From assembly GCA_963823035.1 (NCBI GenBank), contig CAWGKG010000005.1, positions 160,001 through 224,000 on the forward strand: 64,000 nucleotides of DNA. Direction: 5' to 3'. This document shows, piece after piece, positions 40,255 to 50,596 of this stretch (the first letter of the stretch is position 1; each line of letters opens with the position of its first letter). The notes under the pieces were generated by a model. It saw only the letters and a list, made by a program, of their open reading frames with translations. It was not told where the DNA came from and made no database searches. The translations under genes and the position numbers were made by a program. The DNA comes from an uncultured Gemmatimonadales bacterium (lineage in GTDB: Bacteria; Gemmatimonadota; Gemmatimonadetes; Longimicrobiales; Gaopeijiaceae).

Positions 40255-42709
40255 TCAGTCCCCCTTCAACACCTCCGCTGGATCGGCCGACGAGGCCCGA
40301 GCGGCCGGACCCAGGCTCGCCACGGCGGTGACGATCGCGAGGAGGGCGGCCACCTCGAGATAGGCCGACGCGTCCAGGAAGCTGACGCCGTACAGCCGGC
40401 TCCGGAACAGCCCCGCGACCACGCGCCCACCACGGCGCCGACGGCCAGGCCGACGGCGGAGACGCGCGCCCCGGCGAGGAGCACCAGGCCGAACAGGCGC
40501 GCCCTTCCGGCGCCGAGCGCCGCCCGGATGCCCAGCTCGCGCGTACGTTGCGAGGCGATGAAGGCGACGACCATCCACAACCCCACGGCAGCCAGCACGG
40601 TGGCGAGCGCAGCCGAGGGCCGAGAAGAGCTTCGCGCCCACCTCCCAGGGGATCAGGCTGGGGCGGAGACGTGCCGCCAGGGGCTCGATCGCGACGTACG
40701 GCATGGACGGGTCCAGGGCCTGCACCTCTCGCCGGACCTCCGGGATCACGCCTGCGGCTCGCCCCGCGTGCGCACGAAGAGGGTCTGCCCCTCCATCCCG
40801 CCCGGGATCTGGGCCGCGGCCAGGTAGAGCGTCTCCGACGGATCGGCGAACGGGACCCTCGTAGCGAGCTCCCCGCTCGATGCCCACCACCTCGACGCAC
40901 GCGTCGCCGATACGGACCCGCCGAGGCGGACGCACGAGCCCGAGGGCGTCCCCGGCGGGCCACTCCGCCCGCGCGAGGCTCTCGCTCACGAGGGCGACGG
41001 GAAGGGTGCCGGCCCGGTCCCGCTCGTCGATGGCCCGGCCGGCCACGACGTCGATGCCGAGCGTGCGGAAGTAGCCGGGCCCGACCACGTCGACGAGCGC
41101 CCTGCCGCGGCTCCTGGCCCGACCGGCCCCGGGATCGAGAAGGTCCCATGTCGGAAGAGGTGGAAGGGGATCATCCCGCCCACGGTGACGGCCTCCACGC
41201 CGGGAAGGCGCGCGATGCGGTCGACCGCGTCCGCGACGCGGCCCGCGTCCCCGGCGCGCGCCATCCCGGGCGCGGCCATCCTGACCGTCAGAAGCCGATC
41301 GACGTCGATTCCGGTGTCGAGCGCGTGTACGGTGCGGAAGCTGTGGATGAAGAGCGCCGCCACCAGGAGGAGCACGAAGCCGATCGCGGTCTGCGCGGCC
41401 ATGAGGCCGTGCTGGAGGCGGGAGACGGACACGATGCCGCCGGCGTGCCCGTCGAGGACCTCCCTCACGTGGCGTCCCGCGGCCCACAGGGCGGGGGCGA
41501 GCCCGAAGAGCAGGGGCGTCAGCAGCGCCACGCCAGCGCCCACCACCACGGTCCGCGCGTTCAGCAGGCCCGGGAGGGGCGGAATGGGGAGTCGGCGCAC
41601 GCAGGACGACGCTGAGCCCCGCCACCGCGATCGCACCCACGCCCGCCGCGAGCGCCAGGAGGAGGCTGCGCACGAGCTGTTCCCGCAGGATGCCGCCGGG
41701 CGTCGCACCCGACGGCGAGTCGGATGGCCACGTCCCGGCGCCGCCGCACGGCCTCGGCCAGGAGGAGGTTGGCCACGGTCGCGCAGGCGAGGAGGAGAAC
41801 GGCCAGGGACACGCCGGGGGCCCAGGGCGGGACGGGGCTCCGCCCCAGCTGATCCGCGAAGAACATCGTGCGCAGGGGGAGCAAGCCCACCGGGAGAAAC
41901 GGCTCGGCCGCCGCCTACCCGCCGCTCGCGGACCGGCTGCGCGACGAAGGGGTCGCCGACCGGCTCGGGCTCGATCCTGGCGCGCGCCTTCTCCAGGTCG
42001 ACGCCGGGTGCCAGCCTGCCGACGAACTGCAGCCAGTACGCGCCGCCTCCGAGCCTCCCCTCTCCGCCCAGCTCGGGCACGACCGTCGTCCCGATGGGGA
42101 TCCAGAGGTCAGGGTCGCCGAGATCCACCCCCACGAACCCCTTCGGCGCCACGCCGATCACCGTCAGCGGTACGCCGTTCACGTCCACCGTGCCACCGGG
42201 AACCGAGGGATCGGCGCCCCACGTCCGCTCCCATGCGTGGTAGCTCAGGACGGCCACGGGCGCCGCGGCGCGTCCCTCCCCGTCGGCCTCGTCGAAGAAG
42301 CGGCCGAGCGCGGGCGAATGCCCAGGACCGTGAAGTAGCTCCCGGTCACCGCCTGGACGTCGCAGGGGCTCGGCGTCGGACCCACGTCCGCGCGTCGCCT
42401 GGATGCTCCCGTACGCCGCCAGCCCGGAGAGCACGTCGGCGCGCTGCTCCCGGATGGTCCCGAACTGCGGGTAGCTGGCCGTGGGACCCACGCCCCGCGC
42501 GAGCGGCGTCGTGGCTCCGCCGACGCGCACCCGCACCAGCGTCTCCGGATCCGACACGCCCACCGGTGGACGGAGGAGGAGGGCATCCACCACGCCGAAG
42601 ACCACGACGTTCGCGCCGATGACCGAGCGCCAGGCAGGCCACGGCCACGAGAGCGAGGACCCGGACGGGTCCGGAAGGAGCGGGCGGTCGAGATGAGCTC
42701 CAGGCGCAT
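40255..42709 (-). CDS. ADOP/MacB-FtsX duplicated ABC permease (many frameshifts)
   Basis: Pieces: IGANVVVFGVVDALLLRP, TVIGVAPKGF.G, LLLACATVANLLL, VGPGYFRTLGI, QRTRELGIRAALGA, PAARASSADPAEVLK. Confidence 0.88.
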
Positions 42710-42753
42710 GAAGGGGTCCGGTCGGAGTGACGGAGATCCTCGCCGGGCCCAGC

Positions 42754-42771
42754 TTACGAAGTCCTTCGTAA
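42754..42771 (-). promoter_or_regulatory. Palindromic operator within a sigma70-like promoter of the ADOP permease
   Basis: TTACGAAG-TC-CTTCGTAA; the minus strand reads TTGCGT-N17-TAAGCT across it. Confidence 0.7.
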
Positions 42772-42836
42772 CCACGCAAAGCCGCGTCGCCTGCTCGGGT
42801 GAGCGCGGCCGTGGTCGACCGCCCGCGTCCTTCCGA

Positions 42837-44300
42837 CTACCGCGCCGGCGTCCTGCCGGGCTTCCCGGACCGCGCCCTGGACCTGGCCTGCGCCTTCGGC
42901 TTCGGCTTCTGCGTCTTGACCGGGATTCCACCCTTCTTCTTCTCGCCGGTGTCGAGCAGCTCGTTCGTCACGTCGCGAAGCTCCTCCGTCACCACGTCCG
43001 AGATGGCCAGCAGCCGCTTCCAGAAGGCCACGCGGGTCATGTCCTTCGTGGTGATCGCGTCGGGATACCCCTTCGCGGGGGCCGCGTCGAACGCCCGTAG
43101 CACCTCGGACATGCCGGGCCTGGAGCCTCGCGTGTCGATGGTTCCGGCGAACCACGTGCGCGAGCCGGGGAAGTGGGCCCAGGTCTCCGAAGTGTCGGGG
43201 TCCAGGTTGTCGAGGGAGCTCGACACGATCGATGTGAAGATCGCGATCCACCCGTATTCGTAGTGGTCGAGGTCGCTCAGCGACTTGATGCCGACGTCGC
43301 GGAGGAAGCGACGCGAGAAGGGCGCGGCCCGGTTGTCGAGCGTGACGCCCGTGCTCTCGTCCTTGTCCCCGTAGATCGTGGCCGGGCGATCGTAGATCTC
43401 GGTGTAGAGCATGTTGCTCGCCCACTCCGCGAACCCTTCGTGGAAGGCCACCCAGGTCTTGGCCTGCCGTCCGTCGTGCGTCGACCCGTGCACGAGGAGC
43501 TGCCACGCCAACCCGAGCTCCCCCTTCGAGTGCTGGAACGCCCACGCGTGCATGAACTCGTGCGCGAGCGACGGCGCGTTGAAGTGGTCGCTGCGCGAGT
43601 TCTCGATCAGGTGGACGATCCCGGTCTTCGGGTTCGTGTACGAGCTCTCGACTTTGTCCGAGATCAGCGGGTTCTCGAACGGGTGGCTGATCGCCACCGG
43701 CTGCTTGTCCGGGAACCCGCTGTGCACGCCGTCGAGCACGGACATCATCTTCTTCGCCAGCCACCAGATGTCGGCGTGCCTGCGGGCGACCCGATCGCCC
43801 AGGTCCAGTCGGCCGCCCGACTGGAAGACGAGGTCTCCGAAGTCGACGACGCCAGGTCCCCGTCGCTCCGACTTGTCGTCGTCGTGCACCACGTCGTACC
43901 AGTCGACGTCGTACGTGAGACGCGTGGTCTGGGAGAGCGCGAGCTCCAGCGCCTCCTCCGCCAGCTCCGTCGCCACGGTCACGCCGGTGACGGCCATCGT
44001 CAGCTTCTTCAGGATCCCGTCGTTGGGCGGATAGATCTTCAGGTGGTCGTCCTTGTACATGACGCGCACGCGGAAGTACCGCGGTGTCTTGTCCTTCTCC
44101 TTCGTCGCCGAGAAGCGTCCCTCCGGGCCCACGTACACGTCGGCCCACTCGTCCCACGTAGGGTCGAGCTTGCTCTCCTTGGCCGACACCTTCACGCGCA
44201 CCCCCGGGAGGGCGACGGTGTCACCGTACTCCTCCCGTGTCTCGGTGAACTGTGGCTTGAAGAGGATGCGCCCCTTCAGCGTCCAGGTCTGCTTGGCCAT
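42837..44300 (-). CDS. Hypothetical gluzincin-like zinc metalloprotease without signal peptide
   Basis: LAHEFMHAW followed by AFHEGFAEW; strong GC3 bias; GGAGG RBS. Confidence 0.7.
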   Translation of the reverse strand: MAKQTWTLKGRILFKPQFTETREEYGDTVALPGVRVKVSAKESKLDPTWDEWADVYVGPEGRFSATKEKDKTPRYFRVRVMYKDDHLKIYPPNDGILKKLTMAVTGVTVATELAEEALELALSQTTRLTYDVDWYDVVHDDDKSERRGPGVVDFGDLVFQSGGRLDLGDRVARRHADIWWLAKKMMSVLDGVHSGFPDKQPVAISHPFENPLISDKVESSYTNPKTGIVHLIENSRSDHFNAPSLAHEFMHAWAFQHSKGELGLAWQLLVHGSTHDGRQAKTWVAFHEGFAEWASNMLYTEIYDRPATIYGDKDESTGVTLDNRAAPFSRRFLRDVGIKSLSDLDHYEYGWIAIFTSIVSSSLDNLDPDTSETWAHFPGSRTWFAGTIDTRGSRPGMSEVLRAFDAAPAKGYPDAITTKDMTRVAFWKRLLAISDVVTEELRDVTNELLDTGEKKKGGIPVKTQKPKPKAQARSRARSGKPGRTPAR

Positions 44301-44413
44301 CTCCCGCCTCCATTCCGTGGTGGTCGATCCCTTCACCCTCACGGCGATGGAGAGACACCGGGAGTGGACATGGAGGGGAAGGGGAGCGGGCTCATGCCGG
44401 CCAGGGCCCCATG

Positions 44414-44429
44414 TACGAAGACTTTCGTA
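44414..44429. promoter_or_regulatory. Second copy of the TACGAA-N4-TTCGTA operator
   Basis: TACGAA-GACT-TTCGTA in the divergent intergenic region. Confidence 0.65.
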
Positions 44430-44493
44430 TTCAGCGTCGCTGGCCTAGCTTGTGAGGAAGCACCTTCGCGACCGGATGCAGGGGGAAACGGGC

Positions 44494-45172
44494 ATGACGC
44501 GACGGATTCGACGACAGCGCGGAAACGGACGCGCAGCGGGTTACGAGCGTCCTCGTCGCAGGTGCGCTCCTCGCCCTTGGTGCCGGCTGCGAGCGCGAGC
44601 GCCCGCTCCCGCCGGGGTTGGGCGATCCGGTGAAGAACCACGACTTGCGCGTGATCGCCTCCTCGGTCGCGACGTTGCCGGTCGGCGCCGATATCGATCT
44701 GAAGAGCCTACGCGGGCGCCCGGTCGTCCTCGACTTCTGGGCCTCCTGGTGCGGGCCCTGCCGCCGCACGCACGAGGGGATGGTCCAGATGGCCGAGCGC
44801 TTCGGCTCCAGCGCCGTCTTCCTGGGTGTCTCCTACCAGGACGCACCGGAGGACGCGACGCGTTGGCTGCGCGAGCACGGCACGAACTTCCCGGCGGCGG
44901 AGGACGTCGAGGGTCGACTCGCCCACACCTTCTGGGTGAACGCCATCCCACGTGTCGTGGTCCTCGGTCCGGACGGACGCCTCGTGGACGACATCCTCCC
45001 TTCGTTCGACTTTCCCGAGGACGTGGGGGCGCAGCTCGATTCGCTCCTCGCGGCTGTCCGCGGCCGAGGGCCACTCCGCCCCCTGACAGGTGGGTCGCCG
45101 GGAACGATTCCCTCGACCGCTTGTAGACTCCGGCAGCTTCTGGCGCGATTCGGGCTGCTTGGCGAGACTTAG
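44494..45172 (+). CDS. TlpA/ResA-family thiol-disulfide oxidoreductase lipoprotein (probable 5' frameshift)
   Basis: VVLDFWASWCGPC. The in-frame lipobox LGAGC has no in-frame start; the ATG at 44494 is one frame off. Confidence 0.85.
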
Positions 45173-45190
45173 CGGCTCCGCGTCCGTCCT

Positions 45191-45757
45191 GTGTTCCGTC
45201 CCGTCCCGAGAGCCCACCGAGTGCGGTCCAAGCTCCAGATCTTCGGCGTCGTCTTTCCCCTGGTGATGGTCCTCGACCTCATCACCAAGCGATGGGCGCT
45301 CAGCACGCTCGCGACCCACCGGGGAGAGCTGCTCGGGGGACTCGTGCCCCTCACGCTCGCCTTCAACAAGGGGGCGGCGTTCGGCATCCGGCTGGGCGAG
45401 GATTCGCGCTGGTTCTTCGTGCCGGTCACCGTGATCGCCCTGGGCCTGCTCATCCTCCTCCTGCGGCAGGCCTCCTCGCGCGACTATCTGCGGATCCTGG
45501 CGATCTCGCTGGTGGTGTCGGGGGCGGTCGGCAACCTCTACGACCGCCTCCGCTGGGGACGCGGGGTCGTGGACTTCATCGGCCCGATCGACCTCGGCTT
45601 CTGGGACTTCCCGATCTTCAACGTGGCCGACATGGCCATCACCTGCGGGGCCATCCTCCTCGCGCTCTCCTTCTGGATGGAGGAGCACCAGGAAGCCGCG
45701 GCGGAGGGCCACCCCGAGGCGCCGCCGGTCGGCTCCGCCGGCGAAGCCGGCCCCTGA
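45191..45757 (+). CDS. lspA: Lipoprotein signal peptidase II
   Basis: DLITK, NKGAAFG, GAVGNLYDR, VVDFI, FPIFNVADMAI. Confidence 0.95.
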   Translation: MFRPVPRAHRVRSKLQIFGVVFPLVMVLDLITKRWALSTLATHRGELLGGLVPLTLAFNKGAAFGIRLGEDSRWFFVPVTVIALGLLILLLRQASSRDYLRILAISLVVSGAVGNLYDRLRWGRGVVDFIGPIDLGFWDFPIFNVADMAITCGAILLALSFWMEEHQEAAAEGHPEAPPVGSAGEAGP

Positions 45758-45767
45758 CGCCGCCGAC

Positions 45768-47003
45768 CTACTCGGGCGTTCCGGGAAGGAAGAGAAGGTA
45801 CTCGATGCGGCGCCCTCGCATCCGCACGACCCTGAGGCTACCGGACTCGACCTCGACCTGATCGCCCACCACCGGGATGCGGTTGAGGCGCCCGAAGATG
45901 AAGCCTCCCAGCGAGTCGTAGCCCTCCTCCTCGTCCTCCGTCGGCGCGAAGCCGAGCCGCTCGCTCGCCTCCCGCAGCGCCACGCCGCCCCAGACGCGAA
46001 GGCGTCCGCCGGGAAGCTCGTGGAAGTCCTCGGGCTCGTCCTGCTCGTGCTCGTCCTGGATCTCGCCGATGATCTCCTCGATGAGATCCTCGAGCGTGAC
46101 CAGGCCTGCCGTCCCCCCGAACTCGTCCACCACGATGGCCATCTTGGTCCGCTGGCGTCGCATCTCGGGGATGAGGTCCTCCACCGGCTTGGAGGCGGGA
46201 GCGAACGGCACGGGACGCGTGATGCTCCGGATGTGCGTGACGCCCTCGCGGTCGGCGCGCCAGAGGTCACGCGCCAGGAGGACGCCGGCGATGTGGTCGA
46301 GGGTCTCCTCGAAGACCGGAAGCCGCAGATGCCCCCGCTCGAGCATCATGGCCTTGGCGGCGTCGACCGTCGCGTCGAGCGGCACCGCCACCATGTCGGT
46401 GCGCGGCGTCATGACCTCGCCGATCGACACCTCGTCGAGGCGGATCACGTTGGTCATGACCTTCCATTCGGCTTCGTCGAGCGCGCCCTCGCGACGCCCG
46501 ATCTCGGCGAGGACCTCGAGCTCCGCGCGGCTGATCGTGGGCACCTCGGAGGAGGGCGTCAGGATGCGGCCGATGATGCCCAACGGGACGATGACGGGCT
46601 TGGTGAAGATGATCAGCCCGCGCAGTACGTAGGCCGCCGGCTTGGCCATCTGCCTCCAGTAGATGGCGCCCAGCGTCTTGGGGACGATCTCGGAGAAGAT
46701 GAGCACCGAGAAGGTGAGTCCCGCCGAGAACAGCGCCATCCAGGAGCTGCCGAACACCCGCGCGGCCACCGCCCCGCCCAGGGCGGCGCCCATGGTGTTC
46801 GCGATGGTGTTGAGCGTGAGGATCGCCGCGATCGGCTCGTCCACCTTCTTGCGCGCCCGCTCGAACCATGCGCCGGCCCACTCCCCTCGCTCCCGCATGA
46901 GGGCGACGTGGGAGTGGGTCACGGAGAGGAAGACCGCTTCGAGGACCGAGCAGAGGAACGACGTGGCCAGCGTGACCAGGAGGATCCACAGCAGCGTCGT
47001 CAT
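45768..47003 (-). CDS. CNNM/hemolysin family CBS-CorC domain protein
   Basis: SFLCSVLEAVFLS, EIVPK, VMTPR, VDEFGGTAGLVTLEDLIEEIIGEI. Confidence 0.95.
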   Translation of the reverse strand: MTTLLWILLVTLATSFLCSVLEAVFLSVTHSHVALMRERGEWAGAWFERARKKVDEPIAAILTLNTIANTMGAALGGAVAARVFGSSWMALFSAGLTFSVLIFSEIVPKTLGAIYWRQMAKPAAYVLRGLIIFTKPVIVPLGIIGRILTPSSEVPTISRAELEVLAEIGRREGALDEAEWKVMTNVIRLDEVSIGEVMTPRTDMVAVPLDATVDAAKAMMLERGHLRLPVFEETLDHIAGVLLARDLWRADREGVTHIRSITRPVPFAPASKPVEDLIPEMRRQRTKMAIVVDEFGGTAGLVTLEDLIEEIIGEIQDEHEQDEPEDFHELPGGRLRVWGGVALREASERLGFAPTEDEEEGYDSLGGFIFGRLNRIPVVGDQVEVESGSLRVVRMRGRRIEYLLFLPGTPE

Positions 47004-47077
47004 GTTCGGCCGTTCGTCCCAGCGCCGGAGTCAGAACCGCCCGGGCGGGGTGAGCCTCGCGTCCGGGCGGTGACGGC

Positions 47078-47506
47078 TCAGCCCTCCAGGGCCGCGTCCA
47101 GCGTGATCTTCGTCGCGCTCAGCGCCTTCGACACCGGGCAGCCGACCTTGGCCTCCTCGGCGTGCTTGGCGAAGCCCGCGGCGTCGATGCCGGGGACGGT
47201 GGCACGACAGATGAGCTCGATGAGCGAGATGCCGGCACCGCCGGGCCCGACCTCGAGGTGCACCTTGGCCGTGGTGCGTACGCTCGTCGGCGTGTGGCCC
47301 GCCTTGGCGAGGATGTTGGACAGCGCCATCGAGAAACAGCCCGCGTGCGCAGCGCCGATCAGCTCCTCGGGGTTCGTGCCGGTCCCCTCCTCGAAGCGGG
47401 AGGCGAAGGAATACTGGCCTTCCACGGACCCGGTCTCCGTTCTCAGCGTTCCCGTACCCTTCGGGAGGTCACCCTTCCACTCGGCACTCGCGGTACGAAC
47501 CGGCAT
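47078..47506 (-). CDS. osmC: OsmC family peroxiredoxin
   Basis: GTNPEELIGAAHAGCFSMAL, CPVSKAL. Confidence 0.95.
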   Translation of the reverse strand: MPVRTASAEWKGDLPKGTGTLRTETGSVEGQYSFASRFEEGTGTNPEELIGAAHAGCFSMALSNILAKAGHTPTSVRTTAKVHLEVGPGGAGISLIELICRATVPGIDAAGFAKHAEEAKVGCPVSKALSATKITLDAALEG

Positions 47507-47768
47507 CGATCTGCGCTCCTTGGTCGTTCGTCGGAAGTCTCGGAAGTCGCGCCACCATACCCGTCACGCCGGCCGCCGATCCCTGGCAATCTCCCGTGCG
47601 CGCGGGCCCGGGGTCAATACCGGAACGGCGTGCGAGGCGAGGACGGGAGAGCCGGTCAACACGGAGACGGGGGAAGCGTGTCCCCGAAGGTCAGTTGACG
47701 CCAAGCCCGGCGGCACGGAGGTTCACGATCCCCTCCCGAAACAGTTCTCCCTAGGAAGAGGCGGAAGC

Positions 47769-50495
47769 ATGTACCGACGTCTCGTGCGTCCTCTCCTCGC
47801 GTCCCTTCTGACCGCGGTTCTGGCATCCCCTGCCTCGGCTCAGCACAGGGTCACGACGCCCGAGGAGCAGTTCGGCTTCCAGATCGGAGCCGACTATCAT
47901 CTCATCAACTACGAGCAGCTCCACCAGTACTGGATCAAGCTGGCCAACGAATCGGACCGCATGATCCTGGACACCATCGGCACCACGGAGGAGGGCAGAC
48001 CTCAGCTCCAGGCGATCATCTCCTCTCCGGAGAACCTGCGGAACCTGGATCACTACAAGGAGATCTCCCGCCGCCTGGCCAAGGCCGAAGGGGTCGGCGA
48101 GGCCGAGGCGCAACGCCTCGCGCAGGAGGGGAAGGCGGTCATCTGGATCGACGGGGGGCTGCACGCGACGGAGGTCCTGGGCGCGCACCAGCTCATGGAG
48201 CTGGTCTACAGGATGAACGACTACACGGATCCGGAGACGATGCGGATCCTGGACGACGTCATCCTGCTCGCGACCCAGGTCAACCCGGACGGCCAGGCCC
48301 TGGTGTCCAACTGGTACATGCGTGAGCCCGACTCCCTCAAGCGCAGCACGTCGAACATCCCGGTGCTCTACAACAAGTACGCCGGTCACGACAACAACCG
48401 CGACTTCTACATGTCGGCGTTGGAGGAGTCCACCAACATCAACCGCTCCCTCTATCGGGACTGGTTCCCGCAGATCGTCTACAACCACCACCAGACAGGA
48501 CCGGCGGGCGCCGTCATGTTCGCGCCCCCCTTCCGCGATCCGCCGAACCACTTCCTCGACCCGCTCATCATCACGGGGCTGGACCAGGTGGGCTCGGCCA
48601 TGCATCAGCGCTTCGTCGTGGAGGGGAAGGGCGGCACCACGATGCGCTCCGGCGCCAGCTACTCCACCTGGTGGAACGGCGGCCTGCGCACCGAGCCGTA
48701 CTTCCACAACATGATCGGGCTCCTGACCGAGACGATCGGGAACCCGACGCCGCTCGAGGTGCCGTTCGTGCCGCGCCAGCAGTATCCGCACGGCGACCTG
48801 CCGTTGCCGGTCGAGCCCACGAGCACGTGGCATTTCCGCCAGTCCATCGAGTACTCGGAGACGGCCAACTGGGCGGTGATGGACTACGCGTCGCGCAACA
48901 AGGACCATCTGCTCTACAACATCTGGCGGATGGGGATGAACGCCATCGAGCGGGGCAGCGAGGACTACTGGACGGTCAAGCCGAGCGAGATCGACCACGC
49001 CGCCGAGGAGGTGCAGCGGGGCGATCACGACGACTACGTGCGTCTGCTCGAGAACCCCGCCGACCGCGATCCCAGGGGCTTCATCATCCCGTCGGACCAG
49101 CGCGACTTCCTCACGGCCACGAAGTTCGTGAACACGCTGCTCAAGAACGGGATCGACGTGGACCGGGCCACCGCCGCCTTCACGGTGGCAGGAAAGCAGT
49201 ACCCCGCCGGCTCCTACGTGGTGAAGAGCGACCAGGCCTTCCGGCCGCACGTTCTCGACATGTTCGAGAAGCAGGACCACCCCAACGACTTCGCCTATCC
49301 CGGTGGGCCGCCCATCCCGCCCTACGACGCCACCGGCTGGACGCTGGCCTGGCAGATGGGCGTGGACTTCGACCGCATCCTGGACGGATTCGACGGTCCC
49401 TTCCAGCGCGTGACCGACGACCTCGTGTCGCCGCCCCCCGGGCGGATCGCCGGGGCCTCGAACGCGAAGGGGTACCTGGTCGCCCACATCAACGACGCCT
49501 TCACGGCGGTGAACCGCGTGCTCAAGGCCGGCGGCAAGGCGTACTGGTACACGCAGCCGCTGCGCGCCGGTGACGCCTCCTTCGCGTCGGGTGCCTTCTA
49601 CCTCGAGACGGACCGCGCCACGGTGCAGAAGCTCGCGCAGGACAAAGGGCTGAGTTTCGTGGGCGTGTCGTCCAAGCCTGCGGGCAACACCATGGAGCTG
49701 AAGCCCGTGAAGGTGGGCCTCGCGGACGTGTACGGCGGCTCCATGCCGTCCGGTTGGATGCGGATGCTCCTCGAGGACTTCGAGTTCGATTTCGACGTGC
49801 TCTACCCGCCGCAGCTCGACAACGCGGACCTCTCGGCGTACGACGTCCTCCTCTTCGAGGACGGCCTGATCCCGGGCAGCGACGGAGGCGGCCGGTTCCG
49901 CGGCGGCTTCGGCGGCAGGGAGCTCGACCCCTCGACGATCCCGCCGGAGTACCGCGACCGGATCGGACGGATCACCGTGTCGGAGACCGTCCCCCGCATC
50001 CTCGACTACGCCAGGCAGGGCGGGGCGGTCATCGCCGTGGGCTCCTCGTCCAACCTCGCGCTCAACGCCGGACTGCCGATTTCGGACCACATGGTCAAGG
50101 ACGGCAAGCCGCTGAGCATGGAGGAGTACTTCATCCCGGGCACGCTCATCGACATGAAGATCGAGCACATCAGCCCGCTCGCGGACGGGATGGGCGAGTA
50201 TGCCCCGGTCATGTTCAGCCGGAGCCCGACGTTCACCCTCGAGCCCGACGCGGCCGAGCACGGCGTGCGTGCCATCGGCTGGTACGACAAGGACAAGCCG
50301 CTGCGCAGCGGGTGGGCGTGGGGGCAGGAGTACCTGAAGGACGGCGTGGGCGCGATCGAGGCGGACCTCGGGGAGGGCAAGCTCTTCCTCTTCGGACCGG
50401 AGCTTACGTTCCGCTCGCAGCCGCACGGGATGTTCCCGCTCATCTTCAACGGCATCTACTACGGGCCGGCGAAGGGGCGGCCGGTCATGAACTGA
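47769..50495 (+). CDS. Secreted M14 family zinc carboxypeptidase
   Basis: Signal peptide, GGLHATE, NPDG, HDNNRD, NHHQ. Confidence 0.92.
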   Translation: MYRRLVRPLLASLLTAVLASPASAQHRVTTPEEQFGFQIGADYHLINYEQLHQYWIKLANESDRMILDTIGTTEEGRPQLQAIISSPENLRNLDHYKEISRRLAKAEGVGEAEAQRLAQEGKAVIWIDGGLHATEVLGAHQLMELVYRMNDYTDPETMRILDDVILLATQVNPDGQALVSNWYMREPDSLKRSTSNIPVLYNKYAGHDNNRDFYMSALEESTNINRSLYRDWFPQIVYNHHQTGPAGAVMFAPPFRDPPNHFLDPLIITGLDQVGSAMHQRFVVEGKGGTTMRSGASYSTWWNGGLRTEPYFHNMIGLLTETIGNPTPLEVPFVPRQQYPHGDLPLPVEPTSTWHFRQSIEYSETANWAVMDYASRNKDHLLYNIWRMGMNAIERGSEDYWTVKPSEIDHAAEEVQRGDHDDYVRLLENPADRDPRGFIIPSDQRDFLTATKFVNTLLKNGIDVDRATAAFTVAGKQYPAGSYVVKSDQAFRPHVLDMFEKQDHPNDFAYPGGPPIPPYDATGWTLAWQMGVDFDRILDGFDGPFQRVTDDLVSPPPGRIAGASNAKGYLVAHINDAFTAVNRVLKAGGKAYWYTQPLRAGDASFASGAFYLETDRATVQKLAQDKGLSFVGVSSKPAGNTMELKPVKVGLADVYGGSMPSGWMRMLLEDFEFDFDVLYPPQLDNADLSAYDVLLFEDGLIPGSDGGGRFRGGFGGRELDPSTIPPEYRDRIGRITVSETVPRILDYARQGGAVIAVGSSSNLALNAGLPISDHMVKDGKPLSMEEYFIPGTLIDMKIEHISPLADGMGEYAPVMFSRSPTFTLEPDAAEHGVRAIGWYDKDKPLRSGWAWGQEYLKDGVGAIEADLGEGKLFLFGPELTFRSQPHGMFPLIFNGIYYGPAKGRPVMN

Positions 50496-50530
50496 GCGGG
50501 GAGGCCCGGCGGCACCACGGGCCACCGAGC

Positions 50531-50571
50531 GAGAAGGGGCGTCCCGGCTTCCGGCCGGGGCGCCCCTTCTC
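50531..50571. terminator. Bidirectional hairpin between convergent M14 and SDR genes
   Basis: gagaaggggcg ... cgccccttctc. Confidence 0.7.
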
Positions 50572-50596
50572 TCATCCTGCCCTCGAGGGATCCACG

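Noticed and set aside
47608..47700. Repeated GGTCA(A) words between osmC and the M14 gene
   Set aside because: Too short and irregularly spaced to support an operator call.
46020..47768. N-terminal 580 aa of the 1491-aa ORF
   Set aside because: It overlaps the CNNM and osmC genes on the other strand; the real M14 gene starts at 47769 with a signal peptide.
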